Positions 1 through 11,296 are shown, numbered from the stretch's first letter. The stretch is 47,794 bases of DNA from Rudaea sp. (GCF_036383415.1 NZ_DASVOK010000275.1:1-47794), one strand, 5' to 3'. The notes: a model not told the origin generated them from the letters alone. Made by a program: numbers and translations.

Positions 1-410
1 TGCAACCCAAAAATACCAAATACCGCAAGGTGATGAAGGGCCGCAACCGCGGCGTCTCCACCGTTGCCACCAAGGTCAGCTTCGGCGAGTACGGCTTGAA
101 GGCGACGACGCACGGTCATCTGACCGCGCGCCAGATCGAAGCCGCGCGCCGCTGCGTGACGCGTTTCGTCAAGCGCGGCGGCAAGCTCTGGATCCGCGTG
201 TTCCCCGACAAGCCGATCACCAAGAAGCCGATCGAAGTCCGCATGGGCGCCGGCAAGGGCAGCGTCGAGTACTGGGTCGCCGTCGTGCAGCCCGGCCGCA
301 TGCTCTATGAAATCGAGGGCATCAGCGAGACCGAGGCGCGCGAGGCGTTCCGCCTGGCCGCGGCCAAGCTGTCGGTGCAGACCCAATTCGTGAATCGTAC
401 GGTGATGTGA
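1..410 (+). CDS. rplP: 50S ribosomal protein L16 (5' truncated at window edge)
   Basis: Frame from nt 3 reads [17 protein letters not shown]...[11 protein letters not shown]...[24 protein letters not shown], classic L16; the start codon lies just outside the window. Confidence 0.97.
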   Translation, partial: QPKNTKYRKVMKGRNRGVSTVATKVSFGEYGLKATTHGHLTARQIEAARRCVTRFVKRGGKLWIRVFPDKPITKKPIEVRMGAGKGSVEYWVAVVQPGRMLYEIEGISETEAREAFRLAAAKLSVQTQFVNRTVM

Positions 411-607
411 TGGATATCCAGGACCTCCGCAAGCAATCCGCGCAAGAACTCAACAGCCAGCTCCTCGAGCTGCGCCGCGAGCAATTCAATCTGCGCATGC
501 AGAAGAGCGCCGGTCAGCAGACCCAGACGCATCACTTCAAGCGCGTGCGTAACGAAATCGCGCAAATCAAGACGTTGCTGACTGAAAAGTCGGCTGCGGC
601 GAAGTAA
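407..607 (+). CDS. rpmC: 50S ribosomal protein L29
   Basis: [12 protein letters not shown]...[12 protein letters not shown]; position after rplP (start may be ATG at 410). Confidence 0.96.
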   Translation: MMDIQDLRKQSAQELNSQLLELRREQFNLRMQKSAGQQTQTHHFKRVRNEIAQIKTLLTEKSAAAK

Positions 608-616
608 GGGCAGGCC

Positions 617-892
617 ATGAGCGAACAGACGAACAAGGCCGAGAAGGCCCAGCGCACGATCGAAGGTCGTGTGGTCAGCAACAAGATGCAGAAGACGGTC
701 ACCGTGCTGCTCGAGCGCCAGGTGCAGCATCCGCTGTACGGCAAGATCGTGCGCCGTTCGACCAAGGTGCACGCGCACGACGAGAACGGCGAGTGCAAGG
801 AAGGCGACGTGGTGCGCATCGTCGAGACGCGCCCGCTGTCGAAGACCAAGAACTGGCGCGTCGTGCAGGTGCTGACGCGCGCTGCCCAGTAA
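617..892 (+). CDS. rpsQ: 30S ribosomal protein S17
   Basis: [31 protein letters not shown]. Confidence 0.98.
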   Translation: MSEQTNKAEKAQRTIEGRVVSNKMQKTVTVLLERQVQHPLYGKIVRRSTKVHAHDENGECKEGDVVRIVETRPLSKTKNWRVVQVLTRAAQ

Positions 893-918
893 CAACGTGG
901 GACGTTGAGGAGTAGAAC

Positions 919-1287
919 ATGATCCAGATGCAATCCACGTTGTCCGCAGCCGACAACAGCGGCGCCAAGCTGCTGTTCTGCATCAAGGTGCTCGGCGGCT
1001 CCAAGCGCCGTTACGCCGGTATCGGCGACATCATCAAGGTGTCGATCCGTGATGCGATCCCGCGCGGCAAGGTCAAGAAGGGCGAGGTCTACGACGCGGT
1101 CGTCGTGCGTACGCGCAAGGGCGTGCGTCGCGCCGACGGTTCGCTGATCCGCTTCGACGGCAACGCCGCTGTGCTGCTGAACAACAAACTCGAGCCGATC
1201 GGCACGCGCATCTTCGGGCCGGTCACGCGCGAACTGCGCAGCGAACGCTTCATGAAGATCGTTTCGCTCGCGCCGGAAGTGCTGTAA
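919..1287 (+). CDS. rplN: 50S ribosomal protein L14
   Basis: [37 protein letters not shown]; AGGAG RBS. Confidence 0.98.
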   Translation: MIQMQSTLSAADNSGAKLLFCIKVLGGSKRRYAGIGDIIKVSIRDAIPRGKVKKGEVYDAVVVRTRKGVRRADGSLIRFDGNAAVLLNNKLEPIGTRIFGPVTRELRSERFMKIVSLAPEVL

Positions 1288-1324
1288 GCGCTGAGCTTCA
1301 AAAATATACTTTTCGGAAATTGCC

Positions 1325-1636
1325 ATGAACAAGATTCGCAAAGGTGATCAAGTCATCGTGATCACCGGCAAATACAAGGGCCAACGCGGCGAAGTGCTGC
1401 GCGTCGCTGCCGACCGTGTCGTCGTGCAGAACATCAACCTGGTCAAGCGCCACACCAAGCCGAACCCGCAGGCGAACCAGCCGGGCGGCATCGTCGAGCG
1501 CGAAGCCCCCATGCACGTGTCGAACGTGGCCCTGTTCAACGGCGCTACGGGCAAGGGCGGCCGCGTCGGCTTCAAGACGCTGGGCGACGGCCGCAAGGTG
1601 CGCGTGTTCAAGACCGGTGAGCAGGCGGACGTATAA
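1325..1636 (+). CDS. rplX: 50S ribosomal protein L24
   Basis: [17 protein letters not shown] (KOW), [15 protein letters not shown]. Confidence 0.98.
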   Translation: MNKIRKGDQVIVITGKYKGQRGEVLRVAADRVVVQNINLVKRHTKPNPQANQPGGIVEREAPMHVSNVALFNGATGKGGRVGFKTLGDGRKVRVFKTGEQADV

Positions 1637-1642
1637 GGAGCC

Positions 1643-2188
1643 ATGGCCATGACCCGTTTGGAAAAACATTACAAAGAAACCGTCGTTCCGAAGCTGACCG
1701 AGAAGTTCGGCTACAAGAACGTGATGGAAGTGCCGCGCCTGGTGAAGATCACGCTCAACATGGGCGTGGGCGAAGCCGCGGCGAACAAGAAGGTGCTCGA
1801 GAACGCGCTCGCCGACATGAACAAGATCGCCGGCCAGAAGGCCGTGGCGACGCTGTCGAAGAAGTCGATCGCGACCTTCAAGATCCGCGATGGCTGGCCG
1901 ATCGGCTGCAAGGTCACGCTGCGCCGCGCGAAAATGTTCGAGTTCCTCGATCGCCTGATCACCGTCGCCCTGCCGCGCGTGCGCGACTTCCGCGGCGTGT
2001 CCGGCCGCGCCTTCGACGGCCGTGGTAACTACAACATGGGCATCAAGGAACAGATCATCTTCCCGGAAATCGATTTCGACCAGGTTGACGCGATGCGCGG
2101 CATGGACATCGCGATCACGACGACGGCGAAGACGGATGCCGAAGCCAAGGCGCTGCTCGAGGCCTTCAGCTTCCCGTTCCGCAACTAA
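1643..2188 (+). CDS. rplE: 50S ribosomal protein L5
   Basis: [39 protein letters not shown]; AAGGAG RBS (start may be 1649). Confidence 0.98.
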   Translation: MAMTRLEKHYKETVVPKLTEKFGYKNVMEVPRLVKITLNMGVGEAAANKKVLENALADMNKIAGQKAVATLSKKSIATFKIRDGWPIGCKVTLRRAKMFEFLDRLITVALPRVRDFRGVSGRAFDGRGNYNMGIKEQIIFPEIDFDQVDAMRGMDIAITTTAKTDAEAKALLEAFSFPFRN

Positions 2189-2207
2189 TTCTCAAAGAGA
2201 TACGACA

Positions 2208-2513
2208 ATGGCAAAGACCAGCATGGTGGAGCGCGAGAAGAAGCGCGCGAAGATCGTGAAGAAGTACGCGACGAAGCGCGCGGAGCTGAAGGCGATCGTG
2301 CTCAGCCCCAAGTCTTCGTACGAAGAGAAGATAGAAGCGCAGACCAAGCTGCAGAAGCTGCCGCGCGACGCGAGCCCCTCGCGCCAGCGCAACCGCTGCG
2401 AGCTGACCGGTCGTCCGCGCGGCGTCTACCGCAAGTTCTCGCTCGGTCGCCACAAGCTGCGCGAAGCGACGATGCGCGGCGACGTGCCGGGCCTGCGCAA
2501 GGCTTCCTGGTAA
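2208..2513 (+). CDS. rpsN: 30S ribosomal protein S14 (101 aa, zinc-independent type)
   Basis: Internal ATG at 2208 of ORF 2022..2513: [13 protein letters not shown]...[12 protein letters not shown]...[11 protein letters not shown]. Confidence 0.97.
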   Translation: MAKTSMVEREKKRAKIVKKYATKRAELKAIVLSPKSSYEEKIEAQTKLQKLPRDASPSRQRNRCELTGRPRGVYRKFSLGRHKLREATMRGDVPGLRKASW

Positions 2514-2601
2514 CAGCCGAAAGTCCGTTTTCGGACTCTCGACTTTTTTTAGAAATACAACCGAAATCCATTCCGGATATCGATGCTAAGGAAATGAAAC
2601 A

Positions 2602-3000
2602 ATGAGCATGACTGATCCCATCGCCGATATGTTCACCCGCATTCGCAACGCGCAAGCGACCGCGAAGCCGACGGTGCGCATGCCGGCATCCAAGACCAAG
2701 CAAGCCATCGCCAAGGTGTTGAAGGACGAAGGCTATGTGCGCGACTTCCAGGTCAACAAGCTGGCCAACAACAAGGCCGAGCTCGAGATCGCGCTGAAGT
2801 ATTTCGAAGGCAAGCCGGCGATCGAATCGATCAGCCGCGTCAGCCGTTCGGGCCTGCGCGTGTACCGCGGCAAGGACGCGCTGCCGAAAGTGATGGGCGG
2901 CCTCGGCATTGCCATCGTCACCACGCCGGCCGGCATCATGACCGACGCGCAGGCGCGTGCGCAGGGCGTCGGCGGCGAAGTCATCGGCACCGTGGTCTGA
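2602..3000 (+). CDS. rpsH: 30S ribosomal protein S8
   Basis: [40 protein letters not shown]. Confidence 0.98.
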   Translation: MSMTDPIADMFTRIRNAQATAKPTVRMPASKTKQAIAKVLKDEGYVRDFQVNKLANNKAELEIALKYFEGKPAIESISRVSRSGLRVYRGKDALPKVMGGLGIAIVTTPAGIMTDAQARAQGVGGEVIGTVV

Positions 3001-3024
3001 TCGCGGCCCGACTGGAGAATACAA

Positions 3025-3552
3025 ATGTCACGAGTTGCTAAAAAACCGATCGCGCTGCCGAAGGGCGTCGAACTGAAGGTCGCCGGTGAAGCGGTGACGG
3101 TGAAGGGCCCGAAGGGCACGTTGTCGTTCGCCCTGCCCGCAGGCGTCGAAGTCAACGTCAACGGCAGCGAAGTGCTGCTCGCCTCGAAGGACACCGAGAC
3201 GACGAAGTTCGCGGGTACCGCGCGCGCCGTGCTGGCGAACATGGTCAAGGGCGTCAGCGAAGGCTACGAGCGCAAGCTCGAGCTCGTCGGCGTCGGCTAT
3301 CGCGCCGCGCTGCAGGGCAAGGACCTGAACCTTTCGCTCGGCTTCTCGCACCCGATCCTGTTCAAGGCGCCGGAAGGCATCACGATCACCGCGCCGACGC
3401 AGACTGAAGTATTGATCGCCGGTGCCGACAAGCAGCGCGTCGGCGAGACGGCGGCGAAGATCCGCGCGTTCCGTCCGCCCGAGCCCTACAAGGGCAAGGG
3501 CGTGCGTTACGCCGGCGAGAAGATCACCATCAAGGAAGCCAAGAAGGCCTAA
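3025..3552 (+). CDS. rplF: 50S ribosomal protein L6
   Basis: [34 protein letters not shown]. Confidence 0.98.
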   Translation: MSRVAKKPIALPKGVELKVAGEAVTVKGPKGTLSFALPAGVEVNVNGSEVLLASKDTETTKFAGTARAVLANMVKGVSEGYERKLELVGVGYRAALQGKDLNLSLGFSHPILFKAPEGITITAPTQTEVLIAGADKQRVGETAAKIRAFRPPEPYKGKGVRYAGEKITIKEAKKA

Positions 3553-3585
3553 TTTTTTGGCCTTCAGCTATCCGGAGACGAAACC

Positions 3586-3945
3586 ATGTCGAACGAAAAG
3601 AACGAATCCCGCCTGCGCCGTGCCAAGTCAACGCGCATGCACATCAAGAAGCTTGCCGTGCCGCGCCTGACCGTGCATCGCAGCGACCAGCACATCTACG
3701 CCCAGGTCATTTCGGCCGACGGCGGCAAGGTGATTGCGGCCGCGTCGACCGTGCAGAAGGCCATCAAGGGCGAGGTCAAGGGCACCAAGAACAAGACCGC
3801 GGCGGCGGCCGTCGGCAAGGCGATCGCCGAGAAGGCGAAGGCTGCCGGCATCGAAAGCGTCGCGTTCGACCGCTCGGGTTTCCGTTATCACGGTCGCATC
3901 GCAGCGCTGGCGGATGCGGCGCGTGAGGCCGGTCTCAAGTTCTGA
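3586..3945 (+). CDS. rplR: 50S ribosomal protein L18
   Basis: [40 protein letters not shown]. Confidence 0.98.
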   Translation: MSNEKNESRLRRAKSTRMHIKKLAVPRLTVHRSDQHIYAQVISADGGKVIAAASTVQKAIKGEVKGTKNKTAAAAVGKAIAEKAKAAGIESVAFDRSGFRYHGRIAALADAAREAGLKF

Positions 3946-4032
3946 TTGAAAAAATATACTTCTTTACAATTCTAAGCGGCTTCGCCGCAAGCAAAAGTCC
4001 GCTGCGATACGGGCGGCACAAGGTGAAAAGTA

Positions 4033-4548
4033 ATGTCAACGAATGAACGTGAAAACAGCGACGGCATGCTCGAGAAGCTCATTGCCGTCAACCGCGTGTC
4101 CAAGACGGTCAAGGGCGGTCGGCAGATGAGCTTCACCGCGCTGACCGTGGTCGGCGACGGCGACGGCAAGGTCGGCTTCGGTTACGGCAAGGCACGCGAA
4201 GTGCCGGTCGCGATCTCGAAGGCGATGGAACGTGCGCGTCGCGGCATGACCCAGGTCAAGCTCAACAACGGCACGCTCTGGCACGCGGTCAAGGCCAACC
4301 ACGGCGCGGCCAAGGTCTACATGCAGCCGGCGTCCGAAGGTACCGGCGTGATCGCCGGCGGCGCGATGCGCGCCGTGCTCGAAGTGGTCGGCGTGAAGAA
4401 CGTGCTGGCCAAGGCGCAGGGTTCGCGCAACCCGATCAATCTCGTGCGCGCCACGATTAAGGGCCTGGAAGCGATGGCGACTCCAGAGCGCATCGCTGCC
4501 AAGCGCGGCAAGAAAGTCGAAGAGGTGGGCGGTTATGGCCAAGGCTAA
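4033..4548 (+). CDS. rpsE: 30S ribosomal protein S5
   Basis: [33 protein letters not shown]. Confidence 0.98.
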   Translation: MSTNERENSDGMLEKLIAVNRVSKTVKGGRQMSFTALTVVGDGDGKVGFGYGKAREVPVAISKAMERARRGMTQVKLNNGTLWHAVKANHGAAKVYMQPASEGTGVIAGGAMRAVLEVVGVKNVLAKAQGSRNPINLVRATIKGLEAMATPERIAAKRGKKVEEVGGYGQG

Positions 4549-4741
4549 GAAGACGGAAGGCGGCACGATCAAGGTGCGCCTGTACAAGAGCATGAACAGC
4601 TGCAAGTGGGTGCATCGCCTGAGCGTGAAGGCGCTCGGTCTGAACAAGCTCAACGACGTGCGCGAGCTGAAAGACTCGCCGCAGGTGCGCGGTCTGGTCA
4701 ACAAGGTCAACTATCTCGTGCGCATCGAAGAGAGCGCCTGA
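4535..4741 (+). CDS. rpmD: 50S ribosomal protein L30
   Basis: [31 protein letters not shown]; position between rpsE and rplO. Confidence 0.95.
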   Translation: MAKAKKTEGGTIKVRLYKSMNSCKWVHRLSVKALGLNKLNDVRELKDSPQVRGLVNKVNYLVRIEESA

Positions 4742-4769
4742 GCAAAGCAAGATATCGGAGCATCGAACA

Positions 4770-5204
4770 ATGCGTCTCAATAATCTCAAACCTGCCAAGG
4801 GTGCGCGCACGAAGCGCGTTCGCGTCGGTCGCGGCATCGGTTCGGGCCTCGGCAAGACCGCGGGCCGCGGCCACAAGGGTCAGTTCGCGCGCACCGGCAA
4901 GGGCAAGGTCAAGCCGGGCTTCGAAGGCGGCCAGATGCCGATGCAGCGTCGTCTGCCGAAGGTCGGCTTCCGCTCGAAGCTCGCGCACAAGGTGTCCGAA
5001 GTGCTGCTGTACAAGCTCGAGACGGTCAAGGCCGACGTGGTCGACTTCGACGCACTTAAGGCCGCCGGTCTGGTCGATACTCGCGCCGAGCGCGCGAAGG
5101 TCGTCAAGAAGGGCGAGCTCAAGCGCGCGGTGAAGCTGAAGGGCGTGGCGGTCACTGCGGGTGCCAAGGCGGCGATCCTCGCGGCCGGCGGCAGCGTAGA
5201 GTAA
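4770..5204 (+). CDS. rplO: 50S ribosomal protein L15
   Basis: [36 protein letters not shown]. Confidence 0.98.
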   Translation: MRLNNLKPAKGARTKRVRVGRGIGSGLGKTAGRGHKGQFARTGKGKVKPGFEGGQMPMQRRLPKVGFRSKLAHKVSEVLLYKLETVKADVVDFDALKAAGLVDTRAERAKVVKKGELKRAVKLKGVAVTAGAKAAILAAGGSVE

Positions 5205-5216
5205 CGGACCGACCTC

Positions 5217-6563
<1,347 letters not shown>

Positions 6564-6659
6564 GCCCGAAACCGGACCGGGCCGATGGCGGGGCGTTTCG
6601 ATACCGCGCCAAGGTTCCGGTCCGGTTGGAAAAAACCCATATCCGGCAGGCCCTTGGGC

Positions 6660-6688
6660 TTCCGGAAACGTGAAAAACCAGTTATAAT
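6660..6688 (+). promoter_or_regulatory. Probable alpha-operon sigma70 promoter
   Basis: Perfect TATAAT at 6683-6688, 50 nt upstream of rpsM; the -35 hexamer at 17 bp (TTCCGG) is weak. Confidence 0.55.
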
Positions 6689-6738
6689 TTACAGTTCACT
6701 GCGCTTCCAAGCGCTTTGATCCTCTCGGAGATAGAAAG

Positions 6739-7098
6739 ATGGCGCGTATTGCGGGTGTCAACCTGCCGGTCCAGAAACACGTCGTGATCGGACTGCAAAG
6801 CATTTACGGTATCGGCCGCACGCGGTCGAAGCTGGTCTGTGACGCCGCGGGCGTCAATCCGGCGACCAAGATCAAGTCGCTGACCGAGTCCGAAGTCGAG
6901 AAGCTTCGTGCCGAAGTCGCGAAGTTCGTGGTCGAGGGCGACCTGCGCCGCGAAGTCGGCATCAGCATCAAGCGCCTGATGGACCTCGGCACCTATCGCG
7001 GCATGCGCCACCGTCGCGGCCTGCCGATACGCGGCCAGCGCACGCGCACCAATGCGCGCACGCGCAAGGGTCCGCGCCGTGCCATCAAGAAGAACTAA
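6739..7098 (+). CDS. rpsM: 30S ribosomal protein S13
   Basis: [41 protein letters not shown]. Confidence 0.98.
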   Translation: MARIAGVNLPVQKHVVIGLQSIYGIGRTRSKLVCDAAGVNPATKIKSLTESEVEKLRAEVAKFVVEGDLRREVGISIKRLMDLGTYRGMRHRRGLPIRGQRTRTNARTRKGPRRAIKKN

Positions 7099-7116
7099 TT
7101 CAGGAAACCTTGACTC

Positions 7117-7509
7117 ATGAATAAGCCGGTCGCTGCCAAGACCAAGAAGAAAGCCAAGCGCGTCGTCACCGATGCGATCGTTCACGTGCAGGCTTCGTTC
7201 AACAACACCGTCGTGACGATCACCGATCGCCAGGGCAATGCGCTGTCGTGGGCGACCGCGGGCGGCGCGGGTTTCCGCGGTTCGCGCAAGTCGACCCCGT
7301 TCGCAGCCCAGGTTGCGGCGGAGAAAGCCGGCCGCGTCGCGCAGGAATACGGCGTGAAGACCGCCGAAGTGCGCATCAAGGGCCCGGGCCCGGGCCGCGA
7401 GTCGGCGGTGCGTTCGCTCAACAACATCGGCGTGAAGGTGACCAACATCATCGACGTCACCCCGATCCCGCACAACGGCTGCCGTCCTCCGAAGAAGCGC
7501 CGGGTGTAA
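7117..7509 (+). CDS. rpsK: 30S ribosomal protein S11
   Basis: [38 protein letters not shown]. Confidence 0.98.
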   Translation: MNKPVAAKTKKKAKRVVTDAIVHVQASFNNTVVTITDRQGNALSWATAGGAGFRGSRKSTPFAAQVAAEKAGRVAQEYGVKTAEVRIKGPGPGRESAVRSLNNIGVKVTNIIDVTPIPHNGCRPPKKRRV

Positions 7510-7511
7510 TT

Positions 7512-7642
7512 GCGATCATCCCTGATCGCGAGAATCAAGAAGCGGCCATCCGTGGCCGCACTTTTCAATAGAAATCTTAAATACACAGAGTCTGATGTGA
7601 TCGGTTGATCACTAAATTCAAGGAATCGGCCACGCGTGGCCG
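7512..7642 (+). repeat. Degenerate tandem duplication (about 85 nt period) of a two-hairpin module
   Basis: Hairpins at 7512-7529 and 7597-7612 (GATC...GATC cores) and at 7542-7559 and 7627-7642 (CGGCCA...TGGCCG), with similar TCAAG-containing linkers. Confidence 0.7.
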
Positions 7643-7666
7643 GACTCGCAACGAAGAGAAGATCAC

Positions 7667-8305
7667 ATGGCACGGTACATCGGTCCCACCTGCAAGCTTG
7701 CGCGCCGCGAAGGCGCCGACCTCAGCCTCAAGAGCCCGGCTCGCGCGCTCGACTCGAAGTGCAAGCTCGAGAACAAGCCCGGCCAGCATGGCGCCGGCGG
7801 CGGCGCGGGGAAGAAATCGCGCCTGTCGGACTACGCGGTGCAGCTGCGCGAGAAGCAGAAGGTCAAGCGCATCTACGGCCTGCTCGAGCGCCAGTTCAGC
7901 AACTACTACGTCAAGGCGTCGAAGACGCGCGGCAACACGGGTGAGAACCTGCTGCGTCTGCTCGAGTCGCGTCTGGACAACATCGTTTACCGCATGGGTT
8001 TCGCGGTGACCCGCGCTCAGGCCCGCCAGCTCGTCGCGCACAAGGCGATCGAGGTCAACGGCAAGAAGGTCAACCTGCCGTCGTATGCGGTCCAGGCCGG
8101 CGATCAGATCTCCGTCGCCGAGAAGTCGCGCAACCAACTGCGCATCAAGGAAGCGCTGACCCTGTCGCAGGAAATGGATCTGGCCCCGGGCTGGCTCGAA
8201 GTCGATGCGAACAAGTTTGCCGGCACGCTCAAGGCGCTGCCGGAGCGCTCGGACCTGCCGAGCGACATCAACGAGTCGCTGATCGTCGAGTTGTACAGTA
8301 AGTAA
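7667..8305 (+). CDS. rpsD: 30S ribosomal protein S4
   Basis: [51 protein letters not shown]. Confidence 0.98.
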   Translation: MARYIGPTCKLARREGADLSLKSPARALDSKCKLENKPGQHGAGGGAGKKSRLSDYAVQLREKQKVKRIYGLLERQFSNYYVKASKTRGNTGENLLRLLESRLDNIVYRMGFAVTRAQARQLVAHKAIEVNGKKVNLPSYAVQAGDQISVAEKSRNQLRIKEALTLSQEMDLAPGWLEVDANKFAGTLKALPERSDLPSDINESLIVELYSK

Positions 8306-8491
8306 GCTTGATCCGGGTTTCCGGCTTGAATTTTCTGCCGGGCGCACGTATCTACCACAACCCCATCGAATTCCGGCGCTGCCGGAATTCGATCGCCCCC
8401 TTAACTTAAGGGGGTTAAAAAGTGAAGTTGGATGCTCGGCATCGATCTTCTCAATCTGATTTCCTTTATCTCTAATCGGAGAGCGTAGTTC

Positions 8492-9490
8492 ATGGCAAAC
8501 TCGCCTACTACCATCCTGCGTCCGCGCGGCCTGCATGTAGAACAGCTCGGTGCGAACCGCGCGAAAGTTTCGGTTGAACCCCTGGAGCGCGGCTTCGGCC
8601 ACACGCTCGGCAACGCGCTGCGTCGCGTGCTGCTGTCCTCGATCCCGGGCGCTGCGATCATCGAAGTCGAGATCGATGGCGTGCTGCACGAGTACACGAC
8701 CCTCGAAGGCCTGCAGGAAGACGTGATCGAAGTCCTGCTCAACCTCAAGGACGTCGCCCTGCGCCTGCATAACCTCGACGAAACCACCCTGACCCTGTCG
8801 AAGAAGGGCAAGGGCGTGGTCACGGCCGCGGACATCAAGGTCGACCACAATGTCGAGATCGTCAATCCCGAACACGTGATCTGCCACCTGACCAAGGACA
8901 TCGCGCTGAACATGCGCTTGAAGGTCGCGCGCGGTATCGGCTACCAGCCGGCCACCTCGCGTCGCCGCCCGGACGACGAAAGCCGTCCGATCGGCCGCCT
9001 GCAGCTCGACGCCTCGTTCTGCCCGGTGCGCCGCGTGGCGTACGAAGTCGACAGCGCGCGCGTCGAACAGCGCACCGACCTCGACAAGCTCGTGTTCGAC
9101 ATCGAGACCAACGGCACCGTGGAAGCGGAAGAAGCCGTGCGCAAGGCCGCGGAAACGCTGCTCGACCAGCTCACGATCTTCGGTGACTTCACCCGCCGCG
9201 AGACCTCGGAGGCGAAGACCGACAAGGCCGGTGTCGACCCGGTGCTGCTGCGTCCGATCGACGATCTCGAGCTCACCGTGCGTTCGGCGAACTGCCTGAA
9301 GGCCGAGAGCATCTACTACATCGGTGACCTCGTGCAGCGCACCGAAGTCGAGCTGCTGAAGACGCCGAACCTCGGCAAGAAGTCGCTGACCGAGATCAAG
9401 GACGTGCTGTTCTCGCGCGGCCTCTCGCTCGGCATGAAGCTCGAGAACTGGCCGCCGTCGGGCCTGCAGCACGGCATGCAGATGAACTGA
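8492..9490 (+). CDS. rpoA: RNA polymerase subunit alpha
   Basis: [63 protein letters not shown]. Confidence 0.99.
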   Translation: MANSPTTILRPRGLHVEQLGANRAKVSVEPLERGFGHTLGNALRRVLLSSIPGAAIIEVEIDGVLHEYTTLEGLQEDVIEVLLNLKDVALRLHNLDETTLTLSKKGKGVVTAADIKVDHNVEIVNPEHVICHLTKDIALNMRLKVARGIGYQPATSRRRPDDESRPIGRLQLDASFCPVRRVAYEVDSARVEQRTDLDKLVFDIETNGTVEAEEAVRKAAETLLDQLTIFGDFTRRETSEAKTDKAGVDPVLLRPIDDLELTVRSANCLKAESIYYIGDLVQRTEVELLKTPNLGKKSLTEIKDVLFSRGLSLGMKLENWPPSGLQHGMQMN

Positions 9491-9636
9491 GTTGTCATTC
9501 CTCGCCCCGGCCATGGTCGGGGTGAAGAAAGGGAAGCTGCAGGGCCATTCGGACGGCCATGAACCAAGAGTTCAACTTCCGCGCAATTCCGCGCCGAAGT
9601 CCACAATTATAAAGTTATACAAACTGGGAATTATTT

Positions 9637-10020
9637 ATGCGTCACATGAAATCCGGTCGCAAGCTCAACCGTACCAGCTCGCATCGCGAAGCGATGTTCA
9701 AGAACATGGCCGCGTCGATCATCAAGCACGAGCTGATCAAGACCACGCTGCCGAAGGCGAAGGAACTGCGCCGCGTCGCCGAGCCGCTGATCACGCTGGC
9801 CAAGGTCGACAGCGTCGCCAACCGCCGTCTCGCGTTCGCGCGCCTGCGCGACAAGGTCGCCGTCGGCAAGCTGTTCGTCGAACTCGGCCCGCGTTACCGC
9901 GAGCGCAAGGGCGGCTACACGCGTATCCTCAAGTGCGGCAACCGCGTCGGCGACAATGCGCCGATGGCCTACGTCGAACTTGTCGATCGTCCGCGCACGG
10001 AAGCGGCTACGGAAGAATAA
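9637..10020 (+). CDS. rplQ: 50S ribosomal protein L17
   Basis: [44 protein letters not shown]. Confidence 0.98.
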   Translation: MRHMKSGRKLNRTSSHREAMFKNMAASIIKHELIKTTLPKAKELRRVAEPLITLAKVDSVANRRLAFARLRDKVAVGKLFVELGPRYRERKGGYTRILKCGNRVGDNAPMAYVELVDRPRTEAATEE

Positions 10021-10069
10021 GGCGCGTCCGCCTCATGCGGCACGCCGTTGCTCGCGACGGGTTGGGTTG

Positions 10070-11296
10070 ATGCTAACCCTGTTGTCGCAGCTCCACCGAA
10101 TCCGGCCCGCATGGGCCGGATTTGCGTTTCTGTATATCGCGATCGGATTGTTGGCCGCGGACGCAAAGCCGACTCCCGACGAGATCGCGCATTACTCCCA
10201 CATCAACTGGTTCGATCACGGCAAGTTCAAAGTCGCCTGGGATATCCTGACCGTACTCCCCGGATACCACGCGATCTCGGCGGCGATACTCTGGGTGACC
10301 GATTTGCGCACGCTGGCCGCGGCGCGCTGGCTCAACGCTGCGTACGGCCTGCTCGCGATCGGCGCGTTCCACTGGATGCGGCGCAACGCCACTGGCAAAG
10401 AAGAGGCGGCCGCGACGCTGCAGTTCGCGCTGCTGCCGATCCTGTTCCCCTACGATTTCATGGTCTACACCGACGTGCTTTCGCTTGCTGTCGTGCTCGC
10501 GGCGGGGGCGATAACGCTGAGCGGGCGCCATGTGATTTCCGGAGCCTTGATGATCCTCGCGCTCTGCATCCGCCAGACCAATGTCATCTGGCTGCCGCTG
10601 TACGCGTGGATCGCGCTGTCCGCCGATCGCGCTTTCCCGTTGCCGCCGCTGCGCCCGATGCTCGCGCGGACGTGGCCGTACGCAGTCGGCATCGGCCTGT
10701 TCCTCGTCTACTGGGCATGCAACGGCAGCATCTCGCTCTCGAAAGAGCAGGCGACGATGCATCCCGATTTTTCGATCCATGTCGGCAACGTGTATTTCAC
10801 CCTGTTCCTGTGTGTGGTGTTGTTCCCGCTGCATGTCGGTATCGGGCTGAAAGAGTTCGCAACCCGCGTACGCGCGCGTCCCTGGCTCATCGCGATTCCG
10901 CTCGTGGTGTTCGCCTTGTTCTGGCAACTGTTTCGGGTCGATCACCCGTTCAACCAGGCTCTCGAGCCGTGGATGCTGCACAACCGTGTCATCCTGCTGG
11001 CGCAATCGGCGTGGCAATGGAAGGCCGCGTTCGGCCTGCTTGTCGTGGCTGCAGGCTGTGGACTCGCCGGCACCCGTCTGCACCCGCCTTCGGCATGGAT
11101 GTTGTATCCGTTGACCCTGGTCGCCTTGCTCAGTTCGTGGATGGTCGAGCACCGCTATGCCCTCGCGCCGATCGCTTTTTGGCTCGTCTTCCGCGAGCGG
11201 CAGAACGAAAAAATCGAAACGGCGACCACGGCACTTTGGGCGGTGCTTGCGGTCAGTGCATGTCTGGGCCAGATCACCGGGTATTTCAGCTTGTAG
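10070..11296 (+). CDS. ALG10/DIE2 (GT59)-like GT-C fold integral membrane glycosyltransferase
   Basis: 408-aa polytopic membrane protein with DEIAH, WDILTVLPGY, YTD, RQTNVIW, NGSISL and EHRY motifs in the same order as in eukaryotic ALG10; start chosen as the first ATG after rplQ. Confidence 0.72.
   Translation: MLTLLSQLHRIRPAWAGFAFLYIAIGLLAADAKPTPDEIAHYSHINWFDHGKFKVAWDILTVLPGYHAISAAILWVTDLRTLAAARWLNAAYGLLAIGAFHWMRRNATGKEEAAATLQFALLPILFPYDFMVYTDVLSLAVVLAAGAITLSGRHVISGALMILALCIRQTNVIWLPLYAWIALSADRAFPLPPLRPMLARTWPYAVGIGLFLVYWACNGSISLSKEQATMHPDFSIHVGNVYFTLFLCVVLFPLHVGIGLKEFATRVRARPWLIAIPLVVFALFWQLFRVDHPFNQALEPWMLHNRVILLAQSAWQWKAAFGLLVVAAGCGLAGTRLHPPSAWMLYPLTLVALLSSWMVEHRYALAPIAFWLVFRERQNEKIETATTALWAVLAVSACLGQITGYFSL

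Noticed and set aside
7510-7666. CRISPR-like interpretation of the spaced palindromes
   Set aside because: The repeats alternate in sequence, are only about 16-18 nt long, number two per type, and no cas genes are present
9956-10069. Longer start for the ALG10-like ORF and overlapping ORF 9492..10070
   Set aside because: Both overlap rplQ; the extension looks non-coding and ATG 10070 fits better
10064-10076. 13-mer GGGTTGATGCTAA shared with 32134-32146
   Set aside because: One copy spans a probable start codon and the other a -10 element; there is no further shared context, so it is probably coincidence
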